Position numbers and translations under genes: made by a program. From an uncultured Bacteroidota bacterium (GTDB taxonomy: Bacteria > Bacteroidota > Ignavibacteria > UBA10030 > UBA6906): DNA of 64,000 bases. A model generated the notes under the pieces. It was not told the DNA's origin, did not search any database, and worked only from the letters and a program-made list of their open reading frames with translations. The stretch spans positions 96,001 to 160,000 of the forward strand of contig CAVOYH010000003.1 of NCBI GenBank assembly GCA_963700635.1, in the 5' to 3' direction. This document shows positions 19,742 to 29,080 of the stretch, piece by piece. Every line of letters begins with the position of its first letter. Positions within the stretch are counted from its first letter, which is position 1.

Positions 19742-20980
19742 ATGTATGCCCGAATCGTGAAAGGACTTCTGATAACCCTCCTCCTCCACTCGCCCCTCGA
19801 CGCACAGCCGGTTGTCAAGACCGGGATTGAGACCCTTCGGGACAGTGGCTTTAAGATCCTCCGGGGGGCCCGGATCGGGCTCATCACGAATCCGACTGGT
19901 GTGGACGCGAACCTGGCCTCGACTATCGACATACTCCATGCGGCAAAAGGAGTACAACTCGTCGCCCTCTTCGGCCCCGAACATGGCGTGCGGGGGGACT
20001 TCGCGGCTGGCGACAAGATCGATACATATACCGACAGCCGGACGGGACTGCCGGTCTATTCCCTCTACGGAAAAACCCGCAAGCCAACGCCGGACATGCT
20101 CGCCGGCATCGATATGCTGGTCTACGACATCCAGGATATCGGTTGCCGCTCATACACCTACATCAGCACGATGGGTCTGGCAATGGAAGCCGCCGCCGCG
20201 CAGAAGATTCCGTTTGTGGTGCTTGACCGGCCAAACCCACTCGGGGGTTTACGCGTCGAAGGGAATATCGTTGAAAAACCATTCGAGTCTTTTGTCAGTC
20301 AGTTCCCTATACCCTACGTGTACGGGCTCACGTGCGGCGAACTTGCCCGTTTGCTTAATGGCGAACGGATGCTTGCCGGCGGTGCCGTCTGCTCGCTCAC
20401 CGTTGTTCCGATGCAGGGGTGGAAGCGCGCGATGACCTTTCCGGAGACCGGACTCCACTGGGTCCCCGCATCTCCTCACATACCGCGTGATGGCTCAGCG
20501 CTTCACTACGTCAGCACCGGTGTCCTGGGTGAACTCGGCGTTATCTCGGAGGGTGTGGGGTATACTTTGCCCTTTGAAACGCTTGCAGCGGCGTGGATCG
20601 ACCCGGCCCTGCTTGCCGACAGGATGAACGCCCTGAAACTCAAGGGGATACTTTTCCGTCCGATTACATTCAAGCCGTTCTACGGCCGTGATGCAGGAAA
20701 ACAACTGAACGGCGTGCAGGTTCATCTGGCCGGTCCGTCGCCCGCAAACCTCATGGCCATACAGTTTCTGTTTCTGCAGGTCCATCACGAGCTGTATCCG
20801 GACAAAAATCCGTTTCTGCTGGCCGATGGCGGGCGTATCCGCATGTTTGACAAGGTTGCCGGTTCCGATCAGGTGCGGCTGCTGTTCAGTAAACGAATGG
20901 TGTTTGATGATGTGAAGGGGATGCTGGAGAGGGATGTCGAGGGATTCAGAAAGACGGCCCGGCACTATCTTCTCTACTGA
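19742..20980 (+). CDS. namZ: Exo-beta-N-acetylmuramidase NamZ (DUF1343/YbbC)
   Basis: Signal peptide; GLITNPTG, LFGPEHG, SLYG, DIQDIGCRSYTY, LDRPNPLGG, SEGVGYTLPFE. Confidence 0.92.
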   Translation: MYARIVKGLLITLLLHSPLDAQPVVKTGIETLRDSGFKILRGARIGLITNPTGVDANLASTIDILHAAKGVQLVALFGPEHGVRGDFAAGDKIDTYTDSRTGLPVYSLYGKTRKPTPDMLAGIDMLVYDIQDIGCRSYTYISTMGLAMEAAAAQKIPFVVLDRPNPLGGLRVEGNIVEKPFESFVSQFPIPYVYGLTCGELARLLNGERMLAGGAVCSLTVVPMQGWKRAMTFPETGLHWVPASPHIPRDGSALHYVSTGVLGELGVISEGVGYTLPFETLAAAWIDPALLADRMNALKLKGILFRPITFKPFYGRDAGKQLNGVQVHLAGPSPANLMAIQFLFLQVHHELYPDKNPFLLADGGRIRMFDKVAGSDQVRLLFSKRMVFDDVKGMLERDVEGFRKTARHYLLY

Positions 20981-20989
20981 CAGCGGAGC

Positions 20990-22012
20990 TTATGATCCCC
21001 GGAACAGTTCGAGGCTTGCTGCAAAGTCCGGGTGGGAAATCTGCACTTCCTGGTACATCTTCACAAGATGCGCCTGATTCACCTTGTGGAAGTCGGATTC
21101 GAGAGGTGTGATTGAGAGGCCGCCGAGATCGACCGCGGCCGGACTGATAAGCAGGCGCTCCTCTCCCTCCGCAAAAAAGAACGACGGACGGTGCTGCACG
21201 CGGGGAAAAACGAGTACATACCATGTCGCTGCATCATACCAGGCAAGGATGTTCACCATGGGTTCCTCCTTCTCCCCTCTGATTTCCTGCAGCGAAGAAA
21301 GGTAACGTTGCAGGGAATGGCGAAGGAGATCCGGATCGGTTCCCTCCCATGACAGGAAGCGTCTCCCACCCCCCTCAATGGCGATGGCACGCAGAGCCGG
21401 AGAGTCCAGCATCACTGTTCCCCTTTCCGACCGTACTCTTCCATATTCCGATTCAATCGGCATGGTCATCCGCGTCCCCGCCTGGAAATGAAGATGATCC
21501 GGGGCGGAGGCTCCACACCGTGCTCCATTATAGAAGGTGCTGTAGCGGGGAGCAAGGTCCCGTGTGAGGCTCAACATCACGCTCAAATCTTCGCCGAGAC
21601 GCTGCGGCACATGGTCGATGCGCGGAATCGTAAAATGTTCCGGGAGAATCGGGAATGGATTACACAGGAGAATATAGCGCTCGCCGTAGGGGATTCCCCT
21701 CTGATGCTCCGGCAGGTTGGAGAGGCACAGGAAACACCGCCGTTCGCGGATGGACTGGTCATCCACCCTGGCTGCAGAGGATGTCAGCCGTCCCGGATTA
21801 AACTGGACCAGAACCTCACACCCATCAAACTGGAATCGCCGCGTCTGCACCGAGTCAAGACTGGCATATCCGGCACGGAGCATTTCCCAGGTCTCTTTCT
21901 GCTGCAGGAAGAGCCCGTGTGCACGGTCCGCCCACGATGTCGGAAGTCCGCCATACTGTGCAAGAGAACCCGGCTCAATCTTTACACGGTCCAGAGCAGC
22001 ATTGACCGCCAT
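20990..22012 (-). CDS. DUF4922 family protein (HIT/GalT-like nucleotidyl phosphorylase fold)
   Basis: VQFNPGR..SSAA, CFLC, LCNPFPI...HFTI, YNGARCGASAPDHLHFQAG (HxHxQ), HRP, ISPAAVDLGG. Confidence 0.82.
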   Translation of the reverse strand: MAVNAALDRVKIEPGSLAQYGGLPTSWADRAHGLFLQQKETWEMLRAGYASLDSVQTRRFQFDGCEVLVQFNPGRLTSSAARVDDQSIRERRCFLCLSNLPEHQRGIPYGERYILLCNPFPILPEHFTIPRIDHVPQRLGEDLSVMLSLTRDLAPRYSTFYNGARCGASAPDHLHFQAGTRMTMPIESEYGRVRSERGTVMLDSPALRAIAIEGGGRRFLSWEGTDPDLLRHSLQRYLSSLQEIRGEKEEPMVNILAWYDAATWYVLVFPRVQHRPSFFFAEGEERLLISPAAVDLGGLSITPLESDFHKVNQAHLVKMYQEVQISHPDFAASLELFRGS

Positions 22013-23619
22013 TATGTGCCCCGCCTGCTTCGCTTCGCTGTCTTTCCCTTCCCGGCTTTCCTGGTGGTCATTCTTAGTTTTCCGGACCCTGCACGTCTTT
22101 TTGTCCGGGACGGGGTACGTTTTGTAGCGACGCCTTTCCCTGCCGGCTTCCGCCCTGAGGCCGCGTTCTTCCTGATTCTCGCCATCACTTCCATCGTCCG
22201 GATCTTATCCTTGTAGAAGTTGAATCCGTTCAACTTTGGTATGTCAAGATCCGCATCGGAGTTTCCCTCCCAGCGGCGGCAGAGGTAGATCGGTTCGTAG
22301 ATGCGCCCGATCTGATAGTCACGCGAAATTGCCAGTCCGAGCGCATAATCTTCACCATAGCTCACATTAGGGACCTTGAGGTCGCGGAGAATGGACGTCA
22401 CGAAGGCACGCGGGGCGCCGAGTCCGTTGATACGGAGAGCATTGTTGCGCCCGTTCGCCGGAGTCCATTCTTTGTGGTCAATAATGCCGGGGGGTATCGG
22501 TTCGAGCTGGAAATTTGTCATCTGGTAGCTTCCGATCACCATCGCACAGCCTTCGGCGTGGAAGGCGTCCACTACCTTCTGCAGTGTAGATTCATCCTTG
22601 TAGAGGTCGTCGCTATCCAGCTGCACCGCAAAGCGTCCGCACTGCGCATGATGAACACCCAGATTCCAGCACCCCCCGATGCCAAGGTCGTTCCGGTCGG
22701 GTATCACATGGATGATCCTGTTGTCGCACGCAGCCAGTGACCGGAGCAGCTCGGTTGTTCCGTCGGTCGAATGGTTGTCCACCACAATCACATTAAAGAC
22801 AAACCGGGTCTGCTGTTTGAGTACTGATTCTACCGCCTCCCCGACGGTGCGCATCCGGTCCCGGACCGGAATGATGACCGAAGCTTCGACGGGAAACGCG
22901 CCGGAACTCAGGCCGGCTTTTCTGAACCTGGGAGGGAGATACGCTTTTATTTTCTTGAGGTGATATGTGGCCGCCTGCTCCATTTCAACCTGAACCTGGC
23001 GGTTCCTGGGATCAACATAGTCAAAGAGTTTCTCACCGGATCTCCGGACGTCACTTTCTACTTTGCTGTACAGATATTCGCCAACACGGAGAACCGGCGC
23101 AAGGCGGGAGAGGGCCAGACGCAGGGCATACCATCCGGCAAAAGAGTACTTCTGACCGGCAATTTCCCGAAGCGCACGTTTGAGTGTCTTACCCTCAAGG
23201 AGTACCACCGACCCGAAATTGAAGTCATCGCGGAGACTGCCTTGTTGGTATTCGATCACCGGGTGGGCTGTCCGGTGCCCGTCTTTCATGTCGTAGTAGT
23301 CCGAAAAAACAATTCCCGCCCCGGTTTGTTCCGTCACCGCGTGAAGACGTTCAATACCAAACTGACCAAAATCGATCAGGGTGTCGTGCAGCAGAAGAAG
23401 GGCATGGGAAGTCCTGAGTTGTTTTCCGATCTGCGCCATCGTTCCGCTTCCCAGAAGTGCACCGGTGGTGATGATACTGCATCCGTCAATGGGGGGAACA
23501 TCCTTGTCCGTCGCAAGCAGAACAACATGCTCGACCAAACCTGATGTTTCAAGCTGATTGACCGTTTCGCGCGTGAACGCTGAACCGGAATACGGAAGGT
23601 AGGCGGTGATGTGTTTCAT
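22012..23619 (-). CDS. Glycosyltransferase family 2 protein (two GT-A-like halves) with Lys/Arg-rich tail
   Basis: YQQGSLRDDFNFG; ASVIIPVRDR, VVDNHSTDGT, QLDSDD, SYGEDY, RRWEGNSD. TAATG overlap with the DUF4922 gene. Confidence 0.88.
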   Translation of the reverse strand: MKHITAYLPYSGSAFTRETVNQLETSGLVEHVVLLATDKDVPPIDGCSIITTGALLGSGTMAQIGKQLRTSHALLLLHDTLIDFGQFGIERLHAVTEQTGAGIVFSDYYDMKDGHRTAHPVIEYQQGSLRDDFNFGSVVLLEGKTLKRALREIAGQKYSFAGWYALRLALSRLAPVLRVGEYLYSKVESDVRRSGEKLFDYVDPRNRQVQVEMEQAATYHLKKIKAYLPPRFRKAGLSSGAFPVEASVIIPVRDRMRTVGEAVESVLKQQTRFVFNVIVVDNHSTDGTTELLRSLAACDNRIIHVIPDRNDLGIGGCWNLGVHHAQCGRFAVQLDSDDLYKDESTLQKVVDAFHAEGCAMVIGSYQMTNFQLEPIPPGIIDHKEWTPANGRNNALRINGLGAPRAFVTSILRDLKVPNVSYGEDYALGLAISRDYQIGRIYEPIYLCRRWEGNSDADLDIPKLNGFNFYKDKIRTMEVMARIRKNAASGRKPAGKGVATKRTPSRTKRRAGSGKLRMTTRKAGKGKTAKRSRRGT

Positions 23620-23643
23620 AGGATTCTGCCCGTGTACGTTATT

Positions 23644-24936
23644 CTATTGAGTGCTGACTTTTTTTCCGAAACCGGCCGGTATTTTTATGAATGCCGGCAC
23701 CACAAAGCCCGGAATTGTTGAGATAATAACCCAGATGAAGAAGCCCTGGTATCCGAGCCATTCCTGGACGGCGCCGCTGAACATGCCCGGGATCATCATC
23801 CCGAGAGCCATAAAACCGGTACAGATTGCATAATGCGCCGTCTTGTGTTCACCTTCCGATACGAGGATCATGTACATCAGGTATGCCGTAAATCCAAATC
23901 CGTATCCGAACTGTTCGAGGGCAACGGCAATATTGATGACGACAAAATTTTCAGGCATCGCCTGGGACAGGTACACAAACGCCAGGTCCGGCGTGTGGAT
24001 GATGAATACCATCAGCCAGAGCCAGAATTTCAGCCCGTGCCGTGACACGACGTATCCCCCGAGAAGACCTCCGAGGGTCAGTGCGATGATCCCCACCGTG
24101 CCGTACACAATCCCCACCTCACTGGTGGTCAGCCCCAATCCGCCCACCGCACGCGGATCCAGAAGAAATGGTGAGACCAGTTTCACGAGCTGAGCTTCTG
24201 CAAACCGGTACAGGAGGAGAAACGCAATGGTTACACCGATATGTTTCTTCTTGAAGAACAGAACAAAGATATTAAAGAATTCGGCTACAGGCGTGCGGGT
24301 TGTGTCGCGCACCATGGTAGTATCCGATACCGGATACGGAAGGAGAAACTTGTGGTAGATGAAGAACACGAGGAAGAGCGCCGCGAGGATGCCGAAGGTA
24401 ATGGCCCAGGCCATGGCGATATTACCCTGGAGATTGGTTTCCAGCTGTCCGGCCACGACAACAAGTATCCCCTGTCCGGTAATCATGGCGATACGGTAAA
24501 ACGTGCTCCGGACTCCGACAAACGCGGCCTGTTCATGCTCCTTCAATCCAAGCATGTAAAATCCGTCAGCCGCTATATCATGGGTTGCTGAACTGAACGC
24601 CATGAGCCAGAAAATCGCCAGCGTGTATTGGAAAAACTCCGGCATCGGGATGGTGAGTGCGACCGCAGCAAGTGAGGTACCGATAAAAAACTGCATGATC
24701 ACGATCCAGAACCGTTTTGTCCGGAAGATTTCCACCAGCGGACTCCAGAGCGGCTTGAGCACCCACGGAAGGTATAACCAGCTTGTATAGAGGGCAATGT
24801 CCGTGTTGGATATCCCCAGCCTCTTATACATGATCACAGACACCGTCATGACCACGACATAAGGAATTCCCTGGGCAAGATATAACGTGGAGACCCACGC
24901 CCACGGATTACGTGTTGTCGGTTTGGCGAATGCCAT
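23644..24936 (-). CDS. ampG: AmpG-family muropeptide MFS permease
   Basis: TLYLAQGIPY, LPWVLKPLWSP, SATHDIAADG, YRFAE; about 12 hydrophobic segments; peptidoglycan-recycling gene context. Confidence 0.85.
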   Translation of the reverse strand: MAFAKPTTRNPWAWVSTLYLAQGIPYVVVMTVSVIMYKRLGISNTDIALYTSWLYLPWVLKPLWSPLVEIFRTKRFWIVIMQFFIGTSLAAVALTIPMPEFFQYTLAIFWLMAFSSATHDIAADGFYMLGLKEHEQAAFVGVRSTFYRIAMITGQGILVVVAGQLETNLQGNIAMAWAITFGILAALFLVFFIYHKFLLPYPVSDTTMVRDTTRTPVAEFFNIFVLFFKKKHIGVTIAFLLLYRFAEAQLVKLVSPFLLDPRAVGGLGLTTSEVGIVYGTVGIIALTLGGLLGGYVVSRHGLKFWLWLMVFIIHTPDLAFVYLSQAMPENFVVINIAVALEQFGYGFGFTAYLMYMILVSEGEHKTAHYAICTGFMALGMMIPGMFSGAVQEWLGYQGFFIWVIISTIPGFVVPAFIKIPAGFGKKVSTQ

Positions 24937-24959
24937 ACAAAATCCTTGCGGTCGTCAGT

Positions 24960-25481
24960 TTACACGTGAATGGGGCGGTACCCGATACGGTGCGGTACCG
25001 ATGTGGAGCCCATCGTAAAGGGCTGTTCTTCAACAAAAACAAAACCATTCCTGAGATACCAGGCAAGCGCCGCGGCGTTTTGTACCATCACGCCCAGCCA
25101 GATCTCTTTCACCCCGAAGGTAAGGGCATGTTCCTCGGCCTTTTTGAGAAGCAGCCTTCCAAGTCCGTGCCCCTGATATTCCGGGAGCACGTACAAAGAC
25201 GAAACGTAACATCGTGTTTCGCCGGGCGCGTACCGGACCTTTGCATATCCGGCGGGTTCGCCGTTCACCTCCGCCAGAAGACCCCGGAAGTGCGGGGAGG
25301 CATGGAGCTTTGCCAGTTCCCGGATGGTATAGGCCGTATCGAAGTGGGCCTTGAGATCAGGCCCGGGGATGAACGACCCGTACGCATCGAGCCAGGTTGT
25401 CCAGGTAATGCGCCTCACTGTCTCCAGGTCTGCCTCGCACCAACCCCTCACCACCCTGTCAGCGTGTTCGTTCTTCTCCAT
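24960..25481 (-). CDS. GNAT family N-acetyltransferase
   Basis: LYVLPEYQGHGLGRLLL (acetyl-CoA motif A), WLGVMVQNAAALAWYLRNGF. Confidence 0.88.
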   Translation of the reverse strand: MEKNEHADRVVRGWCEADLETVRRITWTTWLDAYGSFIPGPDLKAHFDTAYTIRELAKLHASPHFRGLLAEVNGEPAGYAKVRYAPGETRCYVSSLYVLPEYQGHGLGRLLLKKAEEHALTFGVKEIWLGVMVQNAAALAWYLRNGFVFVEEQPFTMGSTSVPHRIGYRPIHV

Positions 25482-25526
25482 ATGGTTCCGGCGCGAGAGC
25501 AACCCGGGATAATGCCTGCGCCATGT

Positions 25527-28163
25527 TCATTTGACGAGTAGGAGTTTGATAGATCCGCCGAATAACCGTGCCCCGTTCTCCCCGGTTACCGAGAGGCGTG
25601 CGATATACACTCCGCTTGAGGCCTGCCCGTTCCGGGTGGGGCTCCATTCGATCACATGCCGGCCGGGATCCTGATGCTGTTCTACAAGCCGGACGACCTC
25701 CCGCCCGAGCAGGTCATACAGGATCAACGAGACCATGCCGGGAGAGCCGAGATCGTACCTGATCCGGGTGGAAGGGTTAAACGGGTTGGGCGAATTCTGG
25801 TGTAACGCAAAATGCGCCGGCACGACGGAGAGTTCATCGTTCACCGCCGTCACCGTTCTGTCAATGAGCTCCAGCTGATCAACAAAAACGGCAGTGACAG
25901 GCCGGCTGACACCCGGCACATAGGAAAACTCCAGCCCTTCGAAGCGGAGTTTACTGTCGAGAAACCCGTTTCCCGTGCCGCTCCCAAGCGTATCAACCGC
26001 AAGATCCCATGTTACCGCCCGCCAACCGACCCAATCCACCGGAATCCAGCGGGTAACTTCCCTGTGCCCGGAAAAGCCCGGGGGGACAACGTCGGCGCTA
26101 TCCGCAACCACCAGGCGCATCTGAGAACGGCTTCCGTCCCCATACACATAGGCGCGCAGAAGCGTGTTCTCTTTACCGAATTGCGTCCGGCTTGCGGGCC
26201 GGCTCGTATCGGTCGGCACGCGGACCAGCCAGAGCGCCGCAGTGGTGTCCCACTGTATGCGGATCGCGGCAGAACCGGTGTTAGCCGCATCAAGTCCAAG
26301 CTTGCGGACCGACGATCCCGTGACCGAGACACTGTCCGCACCTGTCCTGTCTGCGGTGAGTGAGGAAAGAGCGAAGCCCGGAAACGTCGCAGTGATGGAA
26401 TCCAGGATGGTAGCCGTATACGCCCCCGATCCCACGGAAAAATCCCAGAGTTGAAAGGTGCTTGTGGGAAGTGCGTTGCCGATCAGATCGGCAAGTCCTT
26501 TGATGCCCACACGATAGGCATGTCCCGGAAGGACCCCGTTGGTGAGATACGTCGTCACTCCCCCCTGTCCGTTTTCCTGCGCATATTCGAGCGTCCGTAA
26601 TTGTGCCACGCCCCCGAGTTGCACGACCACGATGTTGGCAACGGTCACAGTAGATTGATTGAGCGGTTCATCAAAGGTCATATTGATGACTGAGCTGGGA
26701 GCCGTGAGGCGTGTCCCGGAAGCGGGTATCACATAACTCAACGAGGGGGGAAAAACGTCAATATATTTTGTCCTGAACGAAAGGAGCAGCGGATCCCCGG
26801 GCACGCCGTCTCCATTCGCATCAAGTGATTGCCCGGAAGCCGACCTGGCGGTGGTATCGATGCGCACAACATAGTCCACATAAAACGCGAGGATCTGATC
26901 GGGGTCGAATGTCACTCTGGTATTACTGCTGTTCCACAAGAGGCGTCCCGGCACCGGAGGCGTAATGGAAAATGCGGAGCGGACCGATGCGGTATCCATG
27001 GGTTTTGAAAACGCGACTTCGATCGAACTGGCCGCGGAGAACGCCGTATCATTGTCTGATGGGACAGTTACAAGAACACTGGGGGACGCAAAAGAGACAA
27101 GGCCCCTGTCTGCAAATACCGTTGCGCCGGTTCCGACAGTTACCTGCATGGAATCTGTGCTGTAGCCGGGGGTTTCAAATCGGAGCGTATACGCACCGGG
27201 AAGGAGGTTGTCAAACATGAAGAAGCCGTTGTTGTAGGCATCCCCGAGCACGACCCGATTATCGGGAAGCAGACGCACGCGGCTCAGGTTAACAAGTTTG
27301 CCCGTCGCAATATCACTCTGGATGCCCGCAATGATACCCAGCGTATCGGCCGGTACACCAAAGTACTGCATGAAAGAGTTGCGCAGGGCATACGATTCCA
27401 TCTTCAGATACAGATTGTTCATCAGCCGGCGCGTTTCAGGAAAAAAATCATGGAACGAGCCTTCCGAAAGTTCGCCGGGCATGGTTAGACCGTTCAGCAC
27501 CCCGAGATTGAACCCGCCGTTGGTTCCGCCATAGAATGTGTAATCAAGATACGTCCATGTCGAGCGCGGAGAGTTCCGGAGTTTGGCATAGATGGCCGGT
27601 CCGATGATGTTGGACATCGTGACGGCTTGCGGCCAGGCCGGCTGGCGTGTGGCGATATTTTCTTTGACCAGCATCAATGTGTAGTTGACTGTTGTATTGC
27701 TGGCCCAGCCGGTCGCGTTGCTGTGAATGGAATGAAACCAGTGCACATTGTTGGCATTGGCCAGTTGCCACCGGGCCGTCAGGGAGGGCTCGTTGTCTGA
27801 TGGATAGTCATTCGTGTATCGTGTAAGAATGACCCACGCGCCGCGGGCCTGGAGCAGTGTATCCAGCCGCATGGCCTTCTGAAAGTTGCTTTCTGATTCC
27901 CAGAAGTCCGTTCCGGCGTCGGGAATTACATGCCTGTCATTTGCCGCGTTATGCCCGCCGTGGCCGGCATCAATGCAGAACTTGAGACCAGAAAGATCCA
28001 GCGGCTGTGTGATCGCCGGGGCGGGCTGGAAGAGTGTAAGACCGAACACCACAAGCAGAAAAGATACCCAGCGACAACACGCTACCCCTGCCCGAAAAGC
28101 AAAAGTGTTGTCGCACCCGCCTGAGTTTTCACGGATGTCTCTCACCACGACTGTGTCCTTCAT
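25527..28163 (-). CDS. N-acetylmuramoyl-L-alanine amidase (Amidase_3) with Ig-like domains and T9SS type A CTD
   Basis: CIDAGHGG...WESESN, SIHSNA, LSEGSFH (Zn ligands); two Big_5-like FSKPMD/FDEPLN domains; LHQNSPNPFNP...SGVYIARL...KLLLVK. ATGA overlap with the upstream gene. Confidence 0.88.
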   Translation of the reverse strand: MKDTVVVRDIRENSGGCDNTFAFRAGVACCRWVSFLLVVFGLTLFQPAPAITQPLDLSGLKFCIDAGHGGHNAANDRHVIPDAGTDFWESESNFQKAMRLDTLLQARGAWVILTRYTNDYPSDNEPSLTARWQLANANNVHWFHSIHSNATGWASNTTVNYTLMLVKENIATRQPAWPQAVTMSNIIGPAIYAKLRNSPRSTWTYLDYTFYGGTNGGFNLGVLNGLTMPGELSEGSFHDFFPETRRLMNNLYLKMESYALRNSFMQYFGVPADTLGIIAGIQSDIATGKLVNLSRVRLLPDNRVVLGDAYNNGFFMFDNLLPGAYTLRFETPGYSTDSMQVTVGTGATVFADRGLVSFASPSVLVTVPSDNDTAFSAASSIEVAFSKPMDTASVRSAFSITPPVPGRLLWNSSNTRVTFDPDQILAFYVDYVVRIDTTARSASGQSLDANGDGVPGDPLLLSFRTKYIDVFPPSLSYVIPASGTRLTAPSSVINMTFDEPLNQSTVTVANIVVVQLGGVAQLRTLEYAQENGQGGVTTYLTNGVLPGHAYRVGIKGLADLIGNALPTSTFQLWDFSVGSGAYTATILDSITATFPGFALSSLTADRTGADSVSVTGSSVRKLGLDAANTGSAAIRIQWDTTAALWLVRVPTDTSRPASRTQFGKENTLLRAYVYGDGSRSQMRLVVADSADVVPPGFSGHREVTRWIPVDWVGWRAVTWDLAVDTLGSGTGNGFLDSKLRFEGLEFSYVPGVSRPVTAVFVDQLELIDRTVTAVNDELSVVPAHFALHQNSPNPFNPSTRIRYDLGSPGMVSLILYDLLGREVVRLVEQHQDPGRHVIEWSPTRNGQASSGVYIARLSVTGENGARLFGGSIKLLLVK

Positions 28164-29080
28164 CGTGCCACCTCCTCGTACCGGAGCATGTAGACCTCTC
28201 CGCTGAGCGTACTGCACACGATCTGATTGTCGGTAGGAGAACAATCCGGCAGGAGTTCGATCGCCGGACTTTCCGTCAGACGGACCGTCGTCAATCCGTC
28301 AGACGAAACACAATAAAGATCTGACGAGACAATGGCGTGACCGTCATCGCGGTCGTCCATATAGACCAGCCACTTTCCGCTCCGCATCCATACCGGCGCA
28401 TCACGCCTCCCAAGCTCCGCCGTAACGGTGCCATTGAGGTCGCAGATGATGGTGCCGCGCGCCATGTCGTACACGACGAGCTGTGTGCCGTCCGGCGACA
28501 ATCCCGGCCAGATGTAACTCCCATCTCCGAACGGATCCAGGAGGCGTTTTGTGCCATTCAGCAGAAGAGAAATTTTTGTATTTTCGATCCCCAGCACGAT
28601 CGGGCGCGGATCGGATACCCCTGCCGCCGTCGCCAGGTCGTTTGCCTCCATTTCCTGGTAGAGAACGCCGTTGGTCCGGTACACCGGAACGGAGAGATCG
28701 CGCCCGCGCGCCAGCGAGACCTCATCCAGCGTCCGAAGGTCAACGTCCACGATCTCCTGCGTACGGTCGAAGATATTTTCACCCGTTGTCGTTCGCCTGA
28801 AAGCAAGCCGGGCGCCATCAGGAGAAATGCTGAACCCGTATCCGGATCCCGGCTCATCGGTAATCTGCCGGAGCACACCGGTTTCAGGATGGAACTGCCA
28901 TATACCGTGATAACCGGCAGTGGTCATGAAGAGAGACTGACCATCGGGCGAGAATCGCGGGGCACTCCAGTGCTGGTCGGACGTGAGGGGGAGCCGTGTG
29001 GCGGAAGTAATAGTCACCTGGCCGATCGCCATTGTTGAGAAGCAGGCGACAAGCGCCATCATCACAATACGCATACTCAT
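28160..29080 (-). CDS. TolB-like beta-propeller (PD40 repeat) secreted protein
   Basis: Signal peptide; repeated FSPDG/ISPDG/LSPDG/CSPTD. Confidence 0.8.
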   Translation of the reverse strand: MSMRIVMMALVACFSTMAIGQVTITSATRLPLTSDQHWSAPRFSPDGQSLFMTTAGYHGIWQFHPETGVLRQITDEPGSGYGFSISPDGARLAFRRTTTGENIFDRTQEIVDVDLRTLDEVSLARGRDLSVPVYRTNGVLYQEMEANDLATAAGVSDPRPIVLGIENTKISLLLNGTKRLLDPFGDGSYIWPGLSPDGTQLVVYDMARGTIICDLNGTVTAELGRRDAPVWMRSGKWLVYMDDRDDGHAIVSSDLYCVSSDGLTTVRLTESPAIELLPDCSPTDNQIVCSTLSGEVYMLRYEEVAR

